Shown here: positions 28,829-36,617 of the stretch, piece after piece
How the letters are laid out: the number at the start of each line of letters is the position of its first letter
How positions within the stretch are numbered: position 1 is the first letter of the stretch
NCBI GenBank assembly: GCA_033581555.1
Contig: JAVQSZ010000003.1
Span: 10,654 to 74,653, forward strand
From: Nitrososphaerota archaeon
GTDB lineage: Archaea; Thermoproteota; Nitrososphaeria_A; Caldarchaeales; Calditenuaceae
Direction of reading: 5' to 3'
Length of the DNA stretch: 64,000 bases
Translations under genes and position numbers: made by a program
The notes under the pieces: model-generated
Database searches by the model: none
Told to the model about the DNA's origin: nothing
The model's input: only the letters and a program-made list of their open reading frames with translations

Positions 28829-30328
28829 TCACCCGAGCACAATTCTGTAGTAAGGCCTCATCGGGCCATGCTGGCTGTCGAGGTAGATCCCCTTGATCTC
28901 CAGGTAGTGCTCTATCGCGAGGACGGTGTTGTTCCTGCCGATCCCGGACTGCTTGAATCCTCCCCACGGCATCTCCACCGGAAGCGTGTAGTAGGTGTTT
29001 ATCCAGACGGCCCCCGCCTTCACCCGTTCCGCGACCCTAAGGGCCTTGCCGAGGTCGGAGCTCCAAACGCCGGCCGCGAGCCCGTAGACGGTCTGGTTCG
29101 CTAGCCTGACGGCCTCGTCCTCGTCGCTGAACTCTGTGACGGTCAGGACCGGTCCGAAGATCTCCTCTTGGAAGAGCTTGCTCTCGGGGGGCACGTCGTC
29201 GACCACGGTCGGCTGCATGTAGTTCCCCCTGGAGTAGATCCCGTCGGTGAGCCTGTTGCCTCCGTACGCGACCTTCAAGCCCTCGGACTCGGCCGCCGCG
29301 ACGTACTCCATCACCTTCTCCAGCTGGCCCCTGCTGACCAGCGGACCGACGTCGCTGCTCTCCTCGAGCTGGTAGCCGACCCTCAGCCTGCTAACCCTCT
29401 CCACGACCGCCCTCACCAGCTTTTCCTTGACCCTCGAGTGGACCAGTAGCCGCGAGCCCGCAGCGCACGACTCGCCGTTGTTGGCGTAGGCGCCGTATGT
29501 GACAGCGTTCGCGGCCCTCTCGAGGTCAGCGTCGTCGAAGACGATGTTCGGGTTCTTCCCCCCAAGCTCCAGCACTACCCTCTTCAGGGTCCTCGATGCC
29601 CTCTCGAGTATCCACTTGCCCGTGGTGGTCTCGCCCGTGAAGTTGATCGCGTCGACCTTCTCGTTCGCTATCAGCGCGCCACCCACCGTCTCGCCCCCGC
29701 CGGTGACGACGTTGAAGACGCCCTTCGGTGCGCCTGCCATCGAGAGGATCTTCGCGAGCTCGACCGCGGAGGCCGACGTCAGGGACGACGGCTTCGCGAC
29801 CACGGTGCACCCCGCTGCTAAGGCCGGCGCGACCTGTCTGCATAGGATGAGGAAGGGGAAGTTCCACGGCGTGATGGCGGCCACGACGCCCACCGGCTGC
29901 TTCACGACCGCCACCAGGTCCCCGGTCCTGTGGATTTGGCCAGTTCCGAGCACCTTGTCTGCCAGCCCCGCGTAGAACTCCATGATCTCGGCCGCTCTGG
30001 GTATGTCGCTCGTCCGACTGGTCCTTATCGTCTTCCCGGAGAAGAGGCTCTCGAGCCTCGCGAGCCTCTCGAGGTCCTCACGTATCAGCTCCGCGGCCTT
30101 GAAGAGCACCCTAGCCCTCAGTCTGTAGTCGGAGACCCAGCCGCCGGCGTTGTTGTCGAAGGCCCTCCTCGCGGCGTCGACCGCGGCGCCCACGTCCCTC
30201 GACCCGTCAGCGACGAGACCTATCGTACGACTCTCGTCGCCCGGGTCAGTCCGAGGGATGTACGAACCGGACGAGGGCTCGACCTCCTGGCCCTCTATGA
30301 AGAGGTTGATCCTCAGCACGGGCTCCAT
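28829..30328 (-). CDS. NAD(P)-dependent aldehyde dehydrogenase
   Basis: PWNFP, KPS, FTGE, LELGGK, GESC, EEIFGP and GGFKQSG motifs. Confidence 0.96.
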   Translation of the reverse strand: MEPVLRINLFIEGQEVEPSSGSYIPRTDPGDESRTIGLVADGSRDVGAAVDAARRAFDNNAGGWVSDYRLRARVLFKAAELIREDLERLARLESLFSGKTIRTSRTSDIPRAAEIMEFYAGLADKVLGTGQIHRTGDLVAVVKQPVGVVAAITPWNFPFLILCRQVAPALAAGCTVVAKPSSLTSASAVELAKILSMAGAPKGVFNVVTGGGETVGGALIANEKVDAINFTGETTTGKWILERASRTLKRVVLELGGKNPNIVFDDADLERAANAVTYGAYANNGESCAAGSRLLVHSRVKEKLVRAVVERVSRLRVGYQLEESSDVGPLVSRGQLEKVMEYVAAAESEGLKVAYGGNRLTDGIYSRGNYMQPTVVDDVPPESKLFQEEIFGPVLTVTEFSDEDEAVRLANQTVYGLAAGVWSSDLGKALRVAERVKAGAVWINTYYTLPVEMPWGGFKQSGIGRNNTVLAIEHYLEIKGIYLDSQHGPMRPYYRIVLG

Positions 30329-30632
30329 GCGCTGAAGGGCTATCTCTGGGACGCTTTATATCCTATCCGAGCGAAGAGGAGTTGAGTCTGTTCGCGGGAG
30401 GAGCAGGGCGCGTGGAACTTGATGCGCTATCCGCAGGGATCTTCGGACTTCGCGCCGACCATTTGGATTCATCCGTGCGTCCGAGGGCCTCGCCCTCTCA
30501 CCTTACAGACACCTCGAGCCCTAACCGACTCGTAGGCGTCTATACCCGCGTATATCCCGTAAGTACAGGTCATGGTGGTCGGTGTCGAATATACGGACCT
30601 GCTAAATACGCCCCGGGCCGGCCACCGGCGGA

Positions 30633-31115
30633 ATGAGCGGGCTGGAGGGTCGGGCGAAGTGGGTCGGGACCGAGCAGGTGCAGGCGAGGCCGATCGTCGT
30701 GCCGATATTCGAGGGCGTCGACCCGAGGAGGGCGGTAGAGGTCGCGGCAGAGGAGGCGGCGGCTTCCGGTCAGGAGGTCCTGCTGGTCGCGGTCGTCAGG
30801 AGGCCGAAGTCCTTGCCGAGGGGCTTCAACGAGTACGCGAGGGCCGAGTGGAAGGGCGAGAGCCCTTGGTGGCTCTACGTCAGGCTCCTGGGTGAGCAGA
30901 CGCTCAGGCCTCACCTCGATTACCTCAGGTCGAAGGGAATAAGGTGCGACTACCTCGTCGAGACGACGGAGAGCGTGAAGTACGCCATCGCGGATCTACC
31001 GGTCGGGCCGTCGAAGGTAGTCGTGGCCTTGCCCTCTAGGAGGGCCGACAGGGAGTTCAGGAGGCTGGTCGAGGTCCTCGAGAGCCTCAGGGTCCCCATT
31101 CTCATCACGCCCTGA
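30633..31115 (+). CDS. Hypothetical protein, universal-stress-protein-like
   Basis: IVVP...AVEVAAEEA...VLLVAVV...LRVPILITP. Confidence 0.55.
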   Translation: MSGLEGRAKWVGTEQVQARPIVVPIFEGVDPRRAVEVAAEEAAASGQEVLLVAVVRRPKSLPRGFNEYARAEWKGESPWWLYVRLLGEQTLRPHLDYLRSKGIRCDYLVETTESVKYAIADLPVGPSKVVVALPSRRADREFRRLVEVLESLRVPILITP

Positions 31116-31165
31116 GCCGTCGGGGAACCCTTAATCCGATGCGTCTCAGAAGCTCTCGGTGACCC

Positions 31166-31816
31166 GTGAGCAAGGCGAGGTGGTTAGCTGAGCGGCGGGG
31201 CGACCCGTGGCACAGGAGGGCGATGGCCGAGGGTTACCCATCGAGGGCCGCCTACAAGCTCCTCTACATCCAACAGAGGTACGGGATACTCGAGAGGGGA
31301 GACGTCGTCGTCGACATCGGGTCCTGGCCGGGAGGGATGCTCAAGGTCGAGTCCGAGATCGTCGGGCCCGAGGGCCTCGTCGTCGCGGTCGACCTGAGGG
31401 AGCCGGTCTTCAGGGCGGAGAACGTCAGGTTCCTGAGGATGGACGTCGAAGACCCGAGGGCGACCGATGCGATCCTGGACGCGTGTGGCGGCGAGAGGTG
31501 CGACGTCCTCGTCTCCGACGCTTCCCCGAAGTTCACCGGCGCGAAGGACGTCGACGCCTTCAACCAGCTCCTTCTGACCGTCAGGGCGGTCGAGGTCGCC
31601 GACGTCGTACTGGCGTGGGGCGGAAACGCCGTCTTCAAGGCCTTCGACTGTCCCGAGCTCCCGGTCGTGGAGCAGAGGCTGAGGAGGTCCTTCCGGGCCT
31701 ACAAGAGGGTGGTGACGCCACCGACGCTGAGGAAGAGGTCCTCGGAGGTCTACATGGTCTGCATAGGCAAGGCGAGGGAGGGCGTCAGCGAGGGGCTGAG
31801 GGAGCTCGTCGTCTGA
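31166..31816 (+). CDS. rlmE: 23S rRNA Um2552 methyltransferase RlmE/FtsJ
   Basis: YPSRAAYKL, DIGSWPGG, SDASP, SSEVY. Confidence 0.93.
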   Translation: MSKARWLAERRGDPWHRRAMAEGYPSRAAYKLLYIQQRYGILERGDVVVDIGSWPGGMLKVESEIVGPEGLVVAVDLREPVFRAENVRFLRMDVEDPRATDAILDACGGERCDVLVSDASPKFTGAKDVDAFNQLLLTVRAVEVADVVLAWGGNAVFKAFDCPELPVVEQRLRRSFRAYKRVVTPPTLRKRSSEVYMVCIGKAREGVSEGLRELVV

Positions 31817-31863
31817 AACCCCTTCACCGCTTTGAGATATTTTAGGAGAGCCTGAGCATCGCG

Positions 31864-32136
31864 ATGGGGTTGCGGGAGCTCACGGCCTACCTCGTGAAGG
31901 CAAGCATAGGCGTCCTCGCGGGCGCGGCCTCGGCGTACGTCTCGGTCCTCGCCCACTGGGCCCTCACGATCCCGCTGGCAGCCGGCGTCTACTTGCTGGT
32001 GACGTACGCGACGCTCGGCCTGATCCGCAGGGACAACCCGCACCTCACGGGGAGGAGGGCCTGGACGCTGGCCGTGGGCGCGTACTCGACCGTCTGGTTG
32101 ACCTGCTGGCTGCTCTTCTACAACCTAATCGCATGA
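31864..32136 (+). CDS. Small 3-TM membrane protein
   Basis: Hydrophobic 90-aa ORF ending WLTCWLLFYNL. Confidence 0.7.
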   Translation: MGLRELTAYLVKASIGVLAGAASAYVSVLAHWALTIPLAAGVYLLVTYATLGLIRRDNPHLTGRRAWTLAVGAYSTVWLTCWLLFYNLIA

Positions 32137-32148
32137 CGCAGACTTCCG

Positions 32149-32526
32149 TCAGGACGGGCCGGCCTCTGCCCTCTTCCTGTACCTGTCTGGCTCCGGCAGC
32201 TTGTCGAAGTTCCTCAGGATCGCCTCCCACACCTCCATGACCTCAGACGCCTCCTCGAGGGTACCGTTCGCCTCCCTCATCGACTTCAGGTACTCCTCTA
32301 GCTCGGACTTCGGGTCCTCGGCGGTGAAGGCCCTGAAGACTAGCGACGCGGCGTCGTCAGTCGTGTAGGAGAGGTGGATCCCCCTGAGGACCCTCGCGAC
32401 CTTGAGCTCCGAGTCGGACTTCGCTCGACTCTCCAGGGACTCGATCATCCTCTCCGCGTCCGAGTACCTCCCCGAGAAGAGCGTCTTGACGAACTTCACC
32501 ACGGCCTTCTCGAGCCTCTCGTCCAC
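32149..32526 (-). CDS. Hypothetical helical protein, directly downstream of radA
   Basis: Host codon usage; 3-nt gap to radA. Confidence 0.65.
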   Translation of the reverse strand: MDERLEKAVVKFVKTLFSGRYSDAERMIESLESRAKSDSELKVARVLRGIHLSYTTDDAASLVFRAFTAEDPKSELEEYLKSMREANGTLEEASEVMEVWEAILRNFDKLPEPDRYRKRAEAGPS

Positions 32527-32529
32527 GCC

Positions 32530-33555
32530 TCACCGCCTCCTTAGCTCCTCCCTTTCGGACTCCTCGACGTCCTCGATGCCGTTCTGAGTTATTTTGATCA
32601 GCACCTCGCCCTCGGGGAGGTAAGGGCTCGAGACGAGCCTGACAATCCTGAGGTTCTTCCCCGCTGTCTTCCTGACGAATAGCCTCGTGTGGCTCGTGTG
32701 CCCGACTATGTGTCCGCCGACCGGGGCGACGACCATCGGCGAGAAGAACTCGTCGGGCCTCGCCATCACCTGGTTGGTCACGACCGCGGCCGCATTGAAG
32801 GCCCTCGCGAGCCTCAGGAGCCTGTGCATGTGCTTGTTCAGCTTCTGCTGCCTCTCCGCGAGCATCTCCCTCCCTATGTATTCGCTCCTGAAGTGGGCCG
32901 TCAGGGAGTCGACGATGATCAGCCTGACGTTGTTCTCTTTGATGACCCTGTCGGCCTTCTCGAGGAGGAGCATCTGGTGGTCGCTGTTGTAGGCCTCCGC
33001 GTAGACGATCCTCTCGAGCACGCCGTCCGGATCGAGGCCCAAGTTCTTGGCCATCGCCTCGATCCTCTCGATCCTGAACGTGTTCTCGGTGTCGATGTAG
33101 AGGGCCGCGCCGTTCAGGCCCCCGCGCTCCTCAGGGAGCTGGACGTTAACCGCCAACTGGTGGCAGAGCTGCGACTTCCCGGACCCGAACTCGCCAAAGA
33201 ACTCCGTGATCGACATGGTCTCGATCCCACCGCCTACCAGCCCGTCGAGCGCCCTGCTCCCGGTGGTGATCCTCCCGATCGAGCTCCTGTACTTGATCAG
33301 CTCCTTCGCGGTCACCCAGGAGATCTCTATCGTCTCCCTCGCGAGCTCTATCAGCTCCTGTGCCTTCTTCTCGCCGATCCCCGCGGCCTCCAGCTCGCTC
33401 ACCGTCGCGGTCGCTAGGGCCTCGACGGTCGAGAACCCGATCTCCCTCAGCTTCTCCGCGGTCGCAGGCCCGACTCCCGGGAGCTCCGAGATGTCGGTGA
33501 AGGCCGGGACCTTTTCCCTCTCCTTCTGCTGCTTCGCCTTCTCCTTCTGCGGCAT
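32530..33555 (-). CDS. radA: DNA repair and recombination protein RadA
   Basis: Hh[33 protein letters not shown]; no intein. Confidence 0.98.
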   Translation of the reverse strand: MPQKEKAKQQKEREKVPAFTDISELPGVGPATAEKLREIGFSTVEALATATVSELEAAGIGEKKAQELIELARETIEISWVTAKELIKYRSSIGRITTGSRALDGLVGGGIETMSITEFFGEFGSGKSQLCHQLAVNVQLPEERGGLNGAALYIDTENTFRIERIEAMAKNLGLDPDGVLERIVYAEAYNSDHQMLLLEKADRVIKENNVRLIIVDSLTAHFRSEYIGREMLAERQQKLNKHMHRLLRLARAFNAAAVVTNQVMARPDEFFSPMVVAPVGGHIVGHTSHTRLFVRKTAGKNLRIVRLVSSPYLPEGEVLIKITQNGIEDVEESEREELRRR

Positions 33556-33738
33556 CCCGATCGGACGACTGTCTCACCCCGATATAAGGGCGAGACGAAG
33601 TGGCCACGAGAGCGTCCCTGTGTTGACCCTCGAGGCCGCCGGCTGATCGTGAGGCTCGGGACCTCAGCGTGCTCGCCGTCAGTCCGCGCGGCCCTCCGGC
33701 CGGACTACCCGTCTCAGAGCCGATCCGAGGGGTGCCAA

Positions 33739-33750
33739 TTTTTATAAAAA
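33739..33750. promoter_or_regulatory. Palindromic TATA element TTTTTATAAAAA, possibly bidirectional
   Basis: Perfect 12-bp palindrome about 22 nt upstream of the DUF61 start. Confidence 0.6.
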
Positions 33751-33771
33751 ACGTACTCGAAAAAGAGCTCG

Positions 33772-34185
33772 GTGTCGTCGGAACCGATCGACGAGGCGTT
33801 CATCGAGACCCACGCGAGGAGGTTGAGGGACATCCTCCCGGCGCGGAAGGCATCGCTCGAGGAGCTGATCAACTCCCCTGACCCGCACGTCGAGACGCTC
33901 GGAGGAGGGCTCCACAGGTTCAGGAGGGAGGACCTGCTCGGGGCGGACAGGGTCCTGGCCGGCGAGCTGAGGCGGGCTCCCGTCTTCCCGATAACATTCT
34001 CGTCAGGCGACGAGTTCGGCAAGGGCGTCGTCCTCCTGAGGAGCAGGGCCGAGGCGGCCGTCTACAGGGCGCTGATGGGGCTCCAGTTCGTCCCCGAGAC
34101 GCCCGAGGGGTACGCCTACACCTACAAGCCCCTCGTCGCCGAGTTCTTCAGGAGGTTCCCCTCGCTGGCCGTCATCTCCGCCTGA
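33772..34185 (+). CDS. DUF61 (UPF0216) family protein
   Basis: LPARKASLEEL...PHVETLGGGLHRFRREDL...PI. Confidence 0.75.
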   Translation: MSSEPIDEAFIETHARRLRDILPARKASLEELINSPDPHVETLGGGLHRFRREDLLGADRVLAGELRRAPVFPITFSSGDEFGKGVVLLRSRAEAAVYRALMGLQFVPETPEGYAYTYKPLVAEFFRRFPSLAVISA

Positions 34186-34237
34186 TCGATCCGGTCAACG
34201 TTTTAGTCGTGCCGGTCGCGCTGACCCCCGAGCGGTC

Positions 34238-35659
34238 TTGGGGTCCCGAGAGGACCTCCTCAGGCAGAGGGAGAAGGCGAGAGATCTGACCCTGAAGATC
34301 GTTGAGGCGCTCGCGGAGAGGGAGAGGGTGGTGGCCGAGATATCGAGGCTGAAGTCCGAGCTCGGAGTTCCAGAGTTCGTCCCCGACGTCGAGAGGGAGC
34401 TGAGGGCGGCCGCGCTGAGGAGGGCCGCGGAGCTCGGGGTGGACCAGGACCTCGTGAGGAGGGTCCTGACGCTGGTCCTCAGGAGCTCTGTCAGGGCCCA
34501 GGCCTCGACCTCAAACCCGAACAGGGTGACCCACATGGACCTCATGCGGGCCGCGAAGAGGATGGAGCGGAACGGAAGGGAGGTGGTCCACATGGAGGTC
34601 GGGGAGCCGACGCTCGGTGCACCTCCGGAGGTCGCGAGGGAGCTGAGCGACGCGGCCCTGAGGGGCTACGCCTTCTACGGTGAGGCTGCGGGCCTGCAGG
34701 AGCTGAGGTCCGCGATCGCGGAGGACCTGAAGGAGAGGTTCGGGGTCGACGTCAAGCCGGAGAACGTCGTGGTCACGCAAGGCGGCAGGTTCGGCGTCTA
34801 CCTCGTAATGGCGTCGATCCTCTCGGTCGGAGACGAGGTCCTCGTGATAGACCCTTCGTGGCCCCATTACAAGCAGACCGCTGAGTCGATCGGGTGTAGG
34901 CCGGTCGTCCACAGGACCTCGCTGGAGGGCTCCTGGACCCCGGACCCCGCGGAGATGGAAGGCCTTGTCAGCGACTCGACGAGGCTGATCGTGATCAACT
35001 ACCCGAACAACCCGACCGGCTCGGTGATAAGCGAGGGCATGATGCGCGAGCTGGTCGAGCTCGCGGAGAGGAGCGGGGCCTACCTCCTCAGCGACGAGGT
35101 CTACATGGACTACTCCTTCGGCGAGCACGTCACCGCGCTGGCCTCTGGCTCCGAGAGGGTCGCGATGCTGATGTCCTTCTCTAAGAGCTGGGGCATGACC
35201 GGCTACAGGATCGGGTACGTCGTCGCGCCCAAGGAGGTCGCTGAGAGGGCTGCCCGGATTCAGGGGTCGCTCCTGACCTGCGTCCCAGAGTTCATCCAGA
35301 TGGCAGCCCTGAGGGCTCTCTCCGACAGGGAGACGCCGAGGAGGTACAGGGAGCACATGATGAGGGGGATCGAGGTCATCTGCTCGCACCTGGACCGGGT
35401 CGGCGCCCGCTACGTTAGGCCCGGCGGAGGGATGTACGTGTTCCCCCAGCTCCCGGTGGAGGACTCGATGGGGTTCGCCCTCAGGCTCCTGGAGAGGAGG
35501 GGGGTCGCGATCGCGCCCGGCCAGGTCTTCGGGAACTATCAGGGCTTCGTGAGACTCAGCGTCGGCGACTCCCTCGAGAAGATCGAGAAGGGGATGAGGG
35601 CGTTGGCCGAGGAGCTCTCCGACGGCCGTGCCACGGGTCCCGGGGAATTCCCAGGATAA
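34238..35659 (+). CDS. Chorismate mutase (AroQ) fused to a class I/II PLP aminotransferase
   Basis: N-terminal LAERERVVAEISRLK...VERE; NYPNNPTG, SDEVY and SFSKSWGMTGYRIGY. Confidence 0.88.
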   Translation: MGSREDLLRQREKARDLTLKIVEALAERERVVAEISRLKSELGVPEFVPDVERELRAAALRRAAELGVDQDLVRRVLTLVLRSSVRAQASTSNPNRVTHMDLMRAAKRMERNGREVVHMEVGEPTLGAPPEVARELSDAALRGYAFYGEAAGLQELRSAIAEDLKERFGVDVKPENVVVTQGGRFGVYLVMASILSVGDEVLVIDPSWPHYKQTAESIGCRPVVHRTSLEGSWTPDPAEMEGLVSDSTRLIVINYPNNPTGSVISEGMMRELVELAERSGAYLLSDEVYMDYSFGEHVTALASGSERVAMLMSFSKSWGMTGYRIGYVVAPKEVAERAARIQGSLLTCVPEFIQMAALRALSDRETPRRYREHMMRGIEVICSHLDRVGARYVRPGGGMYVFPQLPVEDSMGFALRLLERRGVAIAPGQVFGNYQGFVRLSVGDSLEKIEKGMRALAEELSDGRATGPGEFPG

Positions 35660-35753
35660 TTCGCCGGAGAAGTCCAGCCGAATAACTCCGAGCGCACGGA
35701 CTCCAACATTTATATCAAATGAAACTTGATCGGGATAGAAGCGTGGTGGGGAA

Positions 35754-36614
35754 ATGGCGGTATTAGGTAGGGTCGTCTGCCCGCACTGCGGAAAGCTCAC
35801 GATCAAGGGGAAGTTCTGCATGAATTGCGGAAAGGAGCTCGAGGCGCCGGCAACCCAGCCTCCCGTTCAGCCCAGGCCGACGCCCCCGCAGCCCGGCGCC
35901 CCTACGCCTCCTACGATTGAGCTGGCAGCGCCTCCTGCTGAGCAGCAGGCCCCGCCCGAGGCCCCGAAGGAGGTCCAACCCGAGGAGCTCACGGAGGAGA
36001 GGAGGCTCGTCGAGCAGCTCTCGAAGCTCTACAACTGGCAGCTCAGGCTGGTCGACCTCTTCCTCGACGGCGAGGCCACGTTCGACGCGTTCTCCGAGAT
36101 CTACACTGACTACGAGTCCCGGATAGCGACGCTCAACCAGAAGAGGCTCGAGATGATCAGCAGGTACGAGGAGAGGATCAAGGAGCTGACCCAGAGGCTC
36201 GACAACCTGAAGCTCCGGCATGAGGTCAGCGAGATCACCGACAGGGAGTACATCAGGCAGAAGATCGAGATCGACCGTGAGATCTCGAAGCTGAGGCCGA
36301 AGCTGACGATCCTTCAGAACCCGATCGAGATCAAGATCGGCGACATACCGAGGTTCAGGTCCGATATACAGGAGAGGATGGAGAGGGTGAAGAGGCAGGC
36401 GAAGGACCTGAACATGCCCGAGGAGTGGGTCCAGAGGGTCGTGAACAACCTCAGGGTCCTGTTGGACGCGATAGGCGAGCTGGTCAAGCAGTACGAGAGG
36501 ATAAAGGCGGAGATGGTGAAGTTGGAGCTCAGGTACAAGGTTGGGGAGCTGAAGCACGACGACTACATGTCCCAGAGGCAGAGGTTAGAGAGGCAGCTGG
36601 AGCTCACCTTCTGA
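35754..36614 (+). CDS. Double-zinc-ribbon, Pro-rich linker and CdvA-like coiled-coil protein
   Basis: CPHCG..FCMNCG; PPVQPRPTPPQPGAPTPP; repeated LRHEVSEI..Y and LRYKVGEL..Y helices. Confidence 0.7.
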   Translation: MAVLGRVVCPHCGKLTIKGKFCMNCGKELEAPATQPPVQPRPTPPQPGAPTPPTIELAAPPAEQQAPPEAPKEVQPEELTEERRLVEQLSKLYNWQLRLVDLFLDGEATFDAFSEIYTDYESRIATLNQKRLEMISRYEERIKELTQRLDNLKLRHEVSEITDREYIRQKIEIDREISKLRPKLTILQNPIEIKIGDIPRFRSDIQERMERVKRQAKDLNMPEEWVQRVVNNLRVLLDAIGELVKQYERIKAEMVKLELRYKVGELKHDDYMSQRQRLERQLELTF

Positions 36615-36617
36615 GGG

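Noticed and set aside
30382-30636. 84-aa plus-strand ORF
   Set aside because: Atypical codon usage and no motif; not called as a gene
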